The notes under the pieces were generated by a model. That model searched no databases, was not told the DNA's origin, and saw nothing but the letters and a program-made list of their open reading frames with translations. This document shows positions 10,636 to 19,161 of a stretch of 64,000 nucleotides of DNA, in pieces. A program made the position numbers and the translations under genes. Position 1 is the stretch's first letter, and every line of letters starts with the position of its first letter. The stretch lies in assembly GCA_018238155.1 (NCBI GenBank), contig JABCTZ010000036.1:1-64000 (forward strand), written 5' to 3'. This DNA comes from Candidatus Heimdallarchaeota archaeon (GTDB lineage: Archaea > Asgardarchaeota > Heimdallarchaeia > JABLTI01).

Positions 10636-12816
10636 ATGCTGAATGAAGTGAATAATATGGGTTCAATAAGCTGTCCTAAATGCAAGGGAACAGGAAACGA
10701 AATTATATCTGATAAAACATGTCCAGATTGTAAAGGAATTGGGAGCACAAAAATAGTTCTTTCTTCCTTTGGGGCATCATCAAATGACAACAAGTGTAAA
10801 ACTTGCAAAGGAGCAGGTAACTTAATCAAAAAGGAAAAATGCACTGCTTGCAATGGAAACGGAACAATAATTCTCTGTGATTCTTGTAAGAAAATTATCT
10901 CGGAACCAATTCCTAAAGAGCATGGTGTTATCCAATGTTCTGAATGCAAAGAATCTCCGATTGTATTTGTTTTAAAACCTCCTTGTAGTACAAGAACTAT
11001 TAGAGTTGGAACATACTATCATGCTAAAGTCAAAAATTTCAAAGATTTTGGTGTTTTTGCAGAACTTTTCCCAGGTGTAGAGGGTCTGATTAGAACTCAG
11101 AACCTCAAAGGCTTACAAATAAACGATGCTGGTAAGAAAATAATTGTTTATGTTAATGCCAAAACCCGAGATGGAAAATTGGAGTTAACTCCTGCCAATT
11201 TGAAAGAATATCGACATGGTGTAAAACGAGACCAAATGGACCACTTCAAAATTTCTTCTATTTCAAGAAGACTGCAGAATAAAACAGTGCTTTTACAAGG
11301 AAAAGTTTCGCAGATACGGAAAACTTCGGGTCCAATATCATATAATTTTACCGACGAAACAGGTTCAATTGCTGGTGCCGCATTTATCAAGCCAATGGAA
11401 GAAAATCCCTACAAAACAATTGAAGTGGGTGATATTGTTGAAGTTGTAGGCACTGTAAATACTCATCGTGATATGTTACAAATAGAAATTCAAGATATGA
11501 TTGAAGCCGGTGATGAAGAAACCAAAGAGATATTGGAACGTATTGAGAAAGTATTGGATAAGAAATCAGAACCGGAAAAAATTCCTTTCCTGATAAAAAA
11601 TGAAATTTTAGAAAAGATGAAACCAGACCTTTACAAATTAGCAAAGCTAATAAGGCGTGCTGTTTATGATGGAACACCAATTCTTCTTAGACATCATGCA
11701 GATACAGATGGAATTTCTTGTGCTGTCGCAATTGAACATGCAATTCTATCTTTAATAATGGAAGAACAAGCTGAAACAGTGAAATTCCGTATAAAACGTT
11801 CTCCTTCGAAATCTCCTTTTTGGGATTTTATTGATGTAACAAAAGATCTTGACTTTGCTCTTCAAGATGCAATAAGATTTGGTGATAAATTACCTTTTGT
11901 GATTTTACTAGATTTGGGTAGTTCACATGAAAGCCTTGCATCAATAAATATGGCGAAACTTTTTGGTATCAATGTTTGTGTATTAGATCATCATTTTCCA
12001 GAAAAAATAATTAAGGAAAATGTGGAAATCCATGCAAATCCTTACTATGTTGGTGGTGATTACAATCTTTGTGCTGGAATGCTGGGTGTAGAGCTTGCCA
12101 GAATAATTAATCCAAAAATTTCTGACAAAATTGACTATTTGGCTGCTATTGCAGGTGCAGCAGACAGAGTTTCAGGTCCAGAAATAAAGCAATACCTGAA
12201 AATCGCAAAGAAAAAGGGTTTGACTGAAGAATTCATCAGAAAAATTGCTTTAGCTATTGATTACGAGCAATATTTTCTAAGATTTTCTGATGGGAAAAAT
12301 ATCGTTGATAGTATTTTTGGTATTAATGAACTTAATTCTACTAATCACAAGGAACTTGTTGATTTTCTTTATTCCGAAGCAAAAACGGCAATGGATAGAC
12401 AATTAGCGATTAGTATGACACACATTCAAGAAGAGATCCTACCAAATGATGCTATTTTAGTTACTTTAGATATTGAGGCATATTCCCCTCGGTTTGAATT
12501 TCCAAATCCTGGTAAATCAACTGGTGCAGTTCATGATACTATTTGTACAAGAGAACCTGAAAGAGCTGTCATTACTTTGGGTGTTGGACCAGATTTTGTT
12601 ATCCTCAGATCAAGAGACGCAATTATTAATTTTCCCAAAATAATTGGTAATCTCAAAAAGAAGATTCCACAAGCAGGAGCTGATGGTGGAGGACATGAAG
12701 TCGTTGGTACAGTGAAATTCGTTTCGGGAATGCATGCCGAAGTTTTGGACTATCTTAAGAAAGCTTTAGGAAAAGCTAAAACGAAATTTAGTGTTGCTAA
12801 GAAACGAAAAAAATAA
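10636..12816 (+). CDS. archaeal RecJ-like DHH phosphoesterase with DnaJ-type Zn finger and S1/OB folds (COG1107-type)
   Basis: CxxCxGxG repeats, S1-like DFGVFAEL, OB fold DETGSI, HHADTDG, DHH, GGGH. Confidence 0.9.
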   Translation: MLNEVNNMGSISCPKCKGTGNEIISDKTCPDCKGIGSTKIVLSSFGASSNDNKCKTCKGAGNLIKKEKCTACNGNGTIILCDSCKKIISEPIPKEHGVIQCSECKESPIVFVLKPPCSTRTIRVGTYYHAKVKNFKDFGVFAELFPGVEGLIRTQNLKGLQINDAGKKIIVYVNAKTRDGKLELTPANLKEYRHGVKRDQMDHFKISSISRRLQNKTVLLQGKVSQIRKTSGPISYNFTDETGSIAGAAFIKPMEENPYKTIEVGDIVEVVGTVNTHRDMLQIEIQDMIEAGDEETKEILERIEKVLDKKSEPEKIPFLIKNEILEKMKPDLYKLAKLIRRAVYDGTPILLRHHADTDGISCAVAIEHAILSLIMEEQAETVKFRIKRSPSKSPFWDFIDVTKDLDFALQDAIRFGDKLPFVILLDLGSSHESLASINMAKLFGINVCVLDHHFPEKIIKENVEIHANPYYVGGDYNLCAGMLGVELARIINPKISDKIDYLAAIAGAADRVSGPEIKQYLKIAKKKGLTEEFIRKIALAIDYEQYFLRFSDGKNIVDSIFGINELNSTNHKELVDFLYSEAKTAMDRQLAISMTHIQEEILPNDAILVTLDIEAYSPRFEFPNPGKSTGAVHDTICTREPERAVITLGVGPDFVILRSRDAIINFPKIIGNLKKKIPQAGADGGGHEVVGTVKFVSGMHAEVLDYLKKALGKAKTKFSVAKKRKK

Positions 12817-12826
12817 AGCTATGAAT

Positions 12827-12857
12827 ACTCATTTTTGAGTGTGGGTGAATAACCCAC
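12827..12857. terminator. twin hairpins between convergent genes
   Basis: ACTC-attttt-GAGT followed by GTGGGT-gaata-ACCCAC, with a T-rich tract downstream. Confidence 0.45.
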
Positions 12858-12874
12858 ATAAATATTTTTTTCAA

Positions 12875-13699
12875 TTATTCCTTGAAATAAGTTGCTGTTG
12901 ATCCTTTTGCAATTACATCATGCTTGTGAATACTCTCGAGACTTTTGACAATTGCTGTTAAATCTAATTTCTTATCATTGAAACTTTCTTTTGATCGAGC
13001 TAATATACTTCTACAAACATCTTCAACAAACATTGGATTATCATACATACTATCAATAACATATTGTTCATCTTCTGTTTTCAAAATAGAGTAAGTTTCA
13101 GCAGGAAAGGATTTCTTCAAAATATTGACCAATGATTCAAAGGACGGCATTTGATCTAATGTTCCTTTAGCAGTTAACTTTCCCAATGCTCTTTGAACAT
13201 GTGTTCTTTTTTCCGGACTGTTTTCCATCGCATGAGGACAAACAGTATTACCAATATATTCTATTGAAATAGCAATCAAATCTTCATGCCCATCTTGAAC
13301 CCATGTTTCAACAGTAACGTTCGTCACTTCAAATGTTTTTTTCTTAGTTACCGGTGTTCTCGTTTCATAAAAGAAATCAAAGTTTAATGATAAATGAGCA
13401 TGTGAGTATGGATGTTTTTCTTTCAATTTTTTCAAGGCTTGTAAAGATAATTGTTCTACAGAATGGTGGGCATTTCGTTCATCATTAATGATTCCAACTA
13501 CTGATTCACAAATTCGAGACATGTGAGCTCCCTTCATTTCTGCGGGTAAATTTATTGTTACTTCTATTGCAGGAGTTAAATGGTACGTTTTTCCCTCTCG
13601 AGTAATTACCAATAATGTCTTGAAATTAGTAATACCTACATAATCAAGTGATATTTCATTCATAGGTTTCTCATTTTGTGTTTCAATTTGATTTTTCAC
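12875..13699 (-). CDS. mptA: GTP cyclohydrolase, MptA/FolE2 family
   Basis: KGAHMSR, TVCPHA, THVQR, NPMFVEDVCR, ESIHKHD motifs. Confidence 0.88.
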   Translation of the reverse strand: MKNQIETQNEKPMNEISLDYVGITNFKTLLVITREGKTYHLTPAIEVTINLPAEMKGAHMSRICESVVGIINDERNAHHSVEQLSLQALKKLKEKHPYSHAHLSLNFDFFYETRTPVTKKKTFEVTNVTVETWVQDGHEDLIAISIEYIGNTVCPHAMENSPEKRTHVQRALGKLTAKGTLDQMPSFESLVNILKKSFPAETYSILKTEDEQYVIDSMYDNPMFVEDVCRSILARSKESFNDKKLDLTAIVKSLESIHKHDVIAKGSTATYFKE

Positions 13700-13867
13700 T
13701 GGTTCACTCTCAATTTATCTATTTAGCCTATACTAGGAGCTTTTGTTATGAAAATTTAAACACTTTGTATTGTTTACTATTTTTCCCCTTAAATATTATC
13801 TATATATTAAAGAAAGTATTATAGATGTGTGTAAATACAAAACCATAAGAATATTCATTGTGCTGGC

Positions 13868-14629
13868 ATGCTTAAGGGGATACTGATGGCAATAACAACA
13901 TTACTCTTTGATATGGATTCAACGTTGATTGATATCGATGAAACCCATTTCAGTAAGACATATTTCAAGACGTTACATGAATGTCATTTCAGTGATTTTG
14001 ATTTAGGCTACTTTTGTAATTCTTTAACAGAAATAACTAGATATGTAATGTTAAGCAAATCTCCCAAAGAATTCACTATTGATACTTTTGTAAAAGAAAT
14101 GTCAAAAAAATATAAAAGAAAACCAGAAGATCTCTTTGAGAACCTTCTCCATTTTTATAATAATGAATATGAAACACTCCGTCCTTTTGTACGCCCCATA
14201 AGGGGAGTGAAAAAAATGTTAAAATATTGTTTCAAAGAAGGATATGAAGTAATAGTTGCAACTACTCCAGTTTTCCCCGAAGTAGCTATACGAAAACGAT
14301 TAAAGTGGGGTGGCTTGGAGAAATTTGATTTTAAATTGGTTACTCATGCAGGGAATATGCATTTCTCTAAACCAAGAGAAGAATATTATCAAGAAGTACT
14401 TTCAATGATAGGTAAAAAGAAGGATGAATGCATAATGGTTGGCAATGAATTCATGTCTGATATCGTAGGTCCAACTCGGATGGGTCTGAAAACATTCTAT
14501 TGTCCTTTACCTACAGTAAATGATGATTTATTCGTTTCACCCGAATTGAAAAGGTTTAGTAAAATAAAACCAACGTATCGTGGAACTATCAATGACTTTG
14601 CAAAGTTACTAAATGATGGTCTTCAATAG
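13868..14629 (+). CDS. HAD-superfamily hydrolase
   Basis: FDMDSTL motif I, KP motif III, MVGNEFMSDI motif IV. Confidence 0.85.
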   Translation: MLKGILMAITTLLFDMDSTLIDIDETHFSKTYFKTLHECHFSDFDLGYFCNSLTEITRYVMLSKSPKEFTIDTFVKEMSKKYKRKPEDLFENLLHFYNNEYETLRPFVRPIRGVKKMLKYCFKEGYEVIVATTPVFPEVAIRKRLKWGGLEKFDFKLVTHAGNMHFSKPREEYYQEVLSMIGKKKDECIMVGNEFMSDIVGPTRMGLKTFYCPLPTVNDDLFVSPELKRFSKIKPTYRGTINDFAKLLNDGLQ

Positions 14630-14663
14630 ACATATTTAACTTTCTGTTTTGTTTATTCCAGAT

Positions 14664-15170
14664 CTATAATTCAACTATTTTTTTGATATCGTTTCCTGAA
14701 TATATTTTCAAACCATGTCTCTTCAATTGAGCAGTAGAAACGCCTCGACCGGTTACTAGGTATTTTTCCTCACCGACTTTCTTATTATAAATTTGATACA
14801 CACCACATGAAGGGCTTTTATCTCTCATTATGGCTGTTTTAACATTAAATAATGTAGCATATTTTATTGATTCCTCTGCTCCTAAAAGGAAATGAGAAGT
14901 AATATCATTATTTTCTTCGTTTAGTACTTTTGTTTCAAAATCAAGAACAGCTTCTCCTGAACCTTCAAGTATCGACATACCGATTCTTGGTGTGCTCATT
15001 CCACCAAGCTGCTCAGGGCAAAATGGGATGAGTATTTTTCTTTGAGCTAGTTTAATAACTTCCACGCTCTTTCGGATTTCACAATTATAAGTACATTTTA
15101 TTCCCAATAAACAAGCACTTACCATAATAGGCTCATTCTTAGTTGACTCGAGAGTTTTGTTCATGATCAA
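14664..15170 (-). CDS. DUF523 / 2-thiouracil desulfidase (TudS)-family Fe-S protein
   Basis: VSACLLG, CPEQLGGMSTPR, KSPSCG motifs. Confidence 0.85.
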   Translation of the reverse strand: MIMNKTLESTKNEPIMVSACLLGIKCTYNCEIRKSVEVIKLAQRKILIPFCPEQLGGMSTPRIGMSILEGSGEAVLDFETKVLNEENNDITSHFLLGAEESIKYATLFNVKTAIMRDKSPSCGVYQIYNKKVGEEKYLVTGRGVSTAQLKRHGLKIYSGNDIKKIVEL

Positions 15171-15259
15171 TCACCTATTTCTTATACAATGCTGCTTTAA
15201 TAATTAATGGAAAACCTTTTTGGTAGAAGTCCAATCTGTTTGTTTAGAAAGAATAGAAC

Positions 15260-15934
15260 GTGAAAGAAATGAACGGTTCAACATTTACTCCTTTTGTACC
15301 AAAGTTTGATTTAATTGCTCATTTATACAGTTTTGTTACTGGTGCTTTATTTATTTTAGGAGGAGCTACGGAAAACATTCTTCGAAAGAGAGCATACACA
15401 GAAACACTGATCCTAAAAGGCAACGAACTAATTCTAGATGTTTGCTGCGCAAATGGTAAAGGTACTCGTATACTTTCTAAATTGGTACCAAAAGGAAGCG
15501 TTTATGGAATCGATCTTAGTCCAGGAATGATTGCAAGTGCAATTGCAAAAAACACCCGGAAATATCATAATACAAAATTTAAAGTTGGAGATTGTTCTAA
15601 AATACCTTTTAATGATAGAACATTTGATGTGGTAACCGCAACATTAGCTTTGCATGAATTACCAACTAGTTTGGTACAAACTGTAATGATTGAAATTAAA
15701 CGTGTTCTAAAACCAAATGGATTTCTGTTCGTTTTTGATTTTAGGTATCCAAGAAAACCAACAGTCTATTTACGTGCACTGTACAATTTTTTGAGGTTAT
15801 TTGAAGATGATTCTGCTGCAAGATTTATGATGGTAGATCAAACACAGCTCTTTGCAAAATATGGTTTCATAAAGATACTTCAAAATAATTACCTCTCAGG
15901 ATTTATGCCTGCCACTCTCTATCAGTTAAAATAA
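15260..15934 (+). CDS. class I SAM-dependent methyltransferase (UbiE-like)
   Basis: ILDVCCANG, GIDLSPGMI, IPFNDRTFDVV, RVLKPNG. Confidence 0.85.
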   Translation: MKEMNGSTFTPFVPKFDLIAHLYSFVTGALFILGGATENILRKRAYTETLILKGNELILDVCCANGKGTRILSKLVPKGSVYGIDLSPGMIASAIAKNTRKYHNTKFKVGDCSKIPFNDRTFDVVTATLALHELPTSLVQTVMIEIKRVLKPNGFLFVFDFRYPRKPTVYLRALYNFLRLFEDDSAARFMMVDQTQLFAKYGFIKILQNNYLSGFMPATLYQLK

Positions 15935-16024
15935 AAAAAATCTTTATTGGGTTTGTTTGAAATAAGAAATATATTTCAAACAGGTAATTTTTCGAAGAAG
16001 AATAGAAATAATTAATGTTGAGGT

Positions 16025-16906
16025 TTAAACCAAACCTCGTTCAACTAGCATGCTAAATTCTTCAAGAGAAAGTTTCTTACCTTCTTTGTATTTTCGCAAA
16101 GCTTCATCAGCTCTTGCTTCGATTGTTTCCTTGACTTCTCTGAAATGATCAACGCGAGCTTTTTGCCTAATACCTTGAAGCTCTTTCTGGTATTTTTCTT
16201 TGCCTTTAATGATCTCAATGAATTTCTTATGAGTTTCATCAGCAAGCTTTTTCGTTTCAATGAAATCTTTGTGGCATTGATCTGCTTCTTTGCGGATTTC
16301 ATCAATTTGAGCAAAAAGTTTGGTCATTTCATGATGATGTCTTTGAGAAGATTTGGCTGTGCGAATAACAGCTTTATGATAATGATTCATTTCAGCTTTC
16401 AAACCTTCAAATGTACTAAATCGAGCATTTCTTTCCTGACGAAGGGTTCTAATTGTTTCAGCTTCTTCAAGTTGTTCTTGTAAAGTAGCTATTTCTTGAA
16501 CAAGTCTTTTCTCTTCTTCGGGTGGTAGAATTTCAGTTTGAATCTTCCACTCAAGCTGTTTTAAATTGCGTCTTAGAACTTTTTCTGGGATAGGTAGCTT
16601 AGGCAACGGTTCCAAATGTTCATCTTCTTTGATTTGGTCTACTTCTTTCTTTGCTTCCGCCAGGTTTTTGCGTACTTCTTCACGCTTAACCTTGAAATCT
16701 TGGACTTTAGTATTCTCTAAGTCTCTTTCTTTCTGGTGTTCTTTGACTTTGGCAATTAATTCAGCCATTTGCTTATTCAATTCATCTCGTCTGTCAGCTT
16801 TTGCACGAGCTTCACCGTTGAGTTTATCTCTTTTATCTCTGAGCTCACTGGCTTGTCTTTCTTGCTCGGACAACTTAACAACAAGTTGATCAACTTCTGA
16901 TATCAT
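16025..16906 (-). CDS. conserved archaeal coiled-coil protein (COG1340-like)
   Basis: long heptads, LEWKIQTEILPPEEEKRLV, C-terminal GKKLSLEEF. Confidence 0.75.
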   Translation of the reverse strand: MISEVDQLVVKLSEQERQASELRDKRDKLNGEARAKADRRDELNKQMAELIAKVKEHQKERDLENTKVQDFKVKREEVRKNLAEAKKEVDQIKEDEHLEPLPKLPIPEKVLRRNLKQLEWKIQTEILPPEEEKRLVQEIATLQEQLEEAETIRTLRQERNARFSTFEGLKAEMNHYHKAVIRTAKSSQRHHHEMTKLFAQIDEIRKEADQCHKDFIETKKLADETHKKFIEIIKGKEKYQKELQGIRQKARVDHFREVKETIEARADEALRKYKEGKKLSLEEFSMLVERGLV

Positions 16907-17082
16907 GATGGGAAATCTCCATTTTATGTGCTTTAGGGGTTTTTCATCGAAAATTAGAACAAGCGTTCTAACTCGCAGTCACCTAAAAAAGATTGTTCTT
17001 TTCTAAGGCAATGTTCGAAAATGAAATCTAAACTTTTATAAATTCTTCTATGAAATGCAGATAACCAATAGTGAGCTAAAAA

Positions 17083-17173
17083 AGGCATTCAACTAGTAAT
17101 AAAAAAGGTTTTAATGCCTAAAAGCTCAGACTATCCGAAATGCCTAAAAACTGTAAGTGTTTTTTTGAGGCAT
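17083..17173. promoter_or_regulatory. repeated ATGCCT/AGGCAT motif cluster upstream of secY
   Basis: AGGCATT 17083-89, AATGCCTAAAA at 17113-23 and again at 17139-49, AGGCAT 17168-73. Confidence 0.4.
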
Positions 17174-17216
17174 AGGTACAATTATGTACTACAAATTCCA
17201 ACGTAAATAACAGAGT

Positions 17217-18650
17217 GTGAAACTAATGACCAGTAGATTCCTAAAAATCTTCAAACCTTTTACTCATATTACGTTTGAAGTCAAAAAACCTGATAGAACA
17301 ATCTCGTTCAAGGAAAAATCAATATGGACTATTGCTTGTCTAGTTGTTTACTTCATAATGATCAGTGTACCACTCTATGGTATCGAAAAAACAACTGGAA
17401 CTGCAGATCCATTTTTTGCTATGAGAGCAATTCTCGCTTCTCAAAGAGGTACTTTGGGAGAACTAGGAATTGGACCTATTGTCACTGCTGGACTTATCAT
17501 GCAATTGTTAGTTGGTAGTCAAATCATCAAAGTTGATTTTGGTAATCCTGAAGAAAGAGCACTTTATACTGGTGCACAAAAAGTTTTGAGTGTTGCAATG
17601 ATCCTCTTCGAGGCTGGTGCATATATTTTTGGTGGAGCTTATGGTGAAAATGTAGGATTGCTTACAGGTACACTAATCTTCGTCCAGTTACTTGCGGCCG
17701 GCTTGGTGATTATGCTGATGGATGAGCTGATACAGAAAGGCTATGGCCTAGGTTCTGGTATTTCGTTATTTATTGCAGCAGGTGTATCATTTAACATCTT
17801 AAACGGTCTATTCGGTTTCACCGATGGTATCGGCGCAGCCCCCTCAGGAAGATATTATGGTGCAATAATAGCATTCTTTTATGGTTTGAGTAACGGAGAG
17901 AAATTCATTAACGTAACTTATAGACCGAATAACCCAGATATAATTGCATTCCTGGCGACAATCCTAGTCTTCGGCTTGGTGATCTATGTGGAATCGATGA
18001 GAATAGAAATACCGATTTCGCATGCAAAACACAAGATTCCGGCTAGGTATCCGATCAAGTTCCTGTACACTTCGAATATACCGGTAATCCTTGCGTCAGC
18101 ATTATTCGCAAATATATACTTTATCTCACAGATAATGTACCGGAAGTGGCCTGGGAACCCGATTGTCGATCTCATAGGTAAATGGGACTTTACACTGGAT
18201 CAACCGATGCCAACAGCAGGCTTGGCGCTCTATACCACTGCGCCGCGCGGCATAGCGCAAGTCGTTGAAGGACCGATACGGTCTGTAATATACCTCTTTG
18301 TTTTGATAGGTGCATGTATGATCTTTTCATCTATCTGGCTAGAAACAGCTGGTATGGGTTCAAGAGACGTAGCGAAACAACTATTGGATGCAGATATGCA
18401 AATACCTGGTTTCAGACGTAATCCAAAAGTCTTGGAGAAATATTTAGACAGATATATCCCCATTGCAGCATTACTAGGTGGGCTCTTTGTTGGGCTTCTA
18501 GCTGGTTTTGCAGATTTCCTTGGAGCGTTAGGAACGGGGACTGGTATTCTGCTGACAACAGGAATTATAAAACAATATACTGAAATCATCGCGAAAGAAC
18601 GGCTTGCAGAAATTAGCCCTGCTGTGCGAGGTTTCCTTGGTATGGAATAA
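17217..18650 (+). CDS. secY: preprotein translocase subunit SecY (Sec61alpha)
   Basis: ASQRGTLGELGIGPIVTAGLIMQLL, GYGLGSGISLFIAAGV, YPIKFLYTSNIPVIL, GTGTGILL. Confidence 0.98.
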   Translation: MKLMTSRFLKIFKPFTHITFEVKKPDRTISFKEKSIWTIACLVVYFIMISVPLYGIEKTTGTADPFFAMRAILASQRGTLGELGIGPIVTAGLIMQLLVGSQIIKVDFGNPEERALYTGAQKVLSVAMILFEAGAYIFGGAYGENVGLLTGTLIFVQLLAAGLVIMLMDELIQKGYGLGSGISLFIAAGVSFNILNGLFGFTDGIGAAPSGRYYGAIIAFFYGLSNGEKFINVTYRPNNPDIIAFLATILVFGLVIYVESMRIEIPISHAKHKIPARYPIKFLYTSNIPVILASALFANIYFISQIMYRKWPGNPIVDLIGKWDFTLDQPMPTAGLALYTTAPRGIAQVVEGPIRSVIYLFVLIGACMIFSSIWLETAGMGSRDVAKQLLDADMQIPGFRRNPKVLEKYLDRYIPIAALLGGLFVGLLAGFADFLGALGTGTGILLTTGIIKQYTEIIAKERLAEISPAVRGFLGME

Positions 18651-18791
18651 GATTTGATTACATTAACAATCAAATCATCCCTTTTTATTTTCTTTATAAA
18701 GAAATGAATTTTGATTTCAAGCACAAATAATAAAAAGGTGTTTGTTATCGAAAATAATCGAGTTAATAATCTTGTATTATAACTTCAATCT

Positions 18792-18938
18792 GCGAGGGTA
18801 GCCAAGCTCGGTCAACGGCGAAGGACTCAAGATCGACCGGTAATCCCGGTAAACAAGGAATGTCCGTTGAAATTAAGGATTCGATGAGAAATCCTTTCCT
18901 GTAGAGGTTCGTGCGTTCGAATCGCGCCCCTCGCACCA
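18792..18938 (+). tRNA. tRNA-Leu(CAA) with a 59-nt intron at 37/38 (18832-18890); CCA encoded
   Basis: acceptor GCGAGGG/CCCTCGC, A73, anticodon stem AAGGA/TCCTT, loop CT-CAA-GA after splicing, long variable arm, TTCGAAT; canonical BHB (CTCA/TGAG helix, AGA and AAA bulges, TCGA/TCGA). Confidence 0.95.
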
Positions 18939-19161
18939 ACTATTTCTACAAGTAGCTCATTTAATGGAAATTGATAATTTTTTAGATATTACAAAGCTCA
19001 TTATATTAAAAACAAAGTTGTGGAGAATATTTCATTGATACTTTCAATTTTATTATCAGAAATTTTTAGTTTCCCGAGATCAGTCAATTTATTTGTTGAT
19101 TTATAAACAACTATTTTTCTGAACAGTTCACTGAACTGTATTCAATATAATTTTAATACAA

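Noticed and set aside
17680-18290. mRNA intron, intein or overlapping antisense gene as the cause of the secY anomaly
   Set aside because: SecY is normal length with continuous motifs; I found no BHB partner for the TCGATGAGAA word; the antisense ORFs (17984-18175, 18230-18724) look like shadow frames
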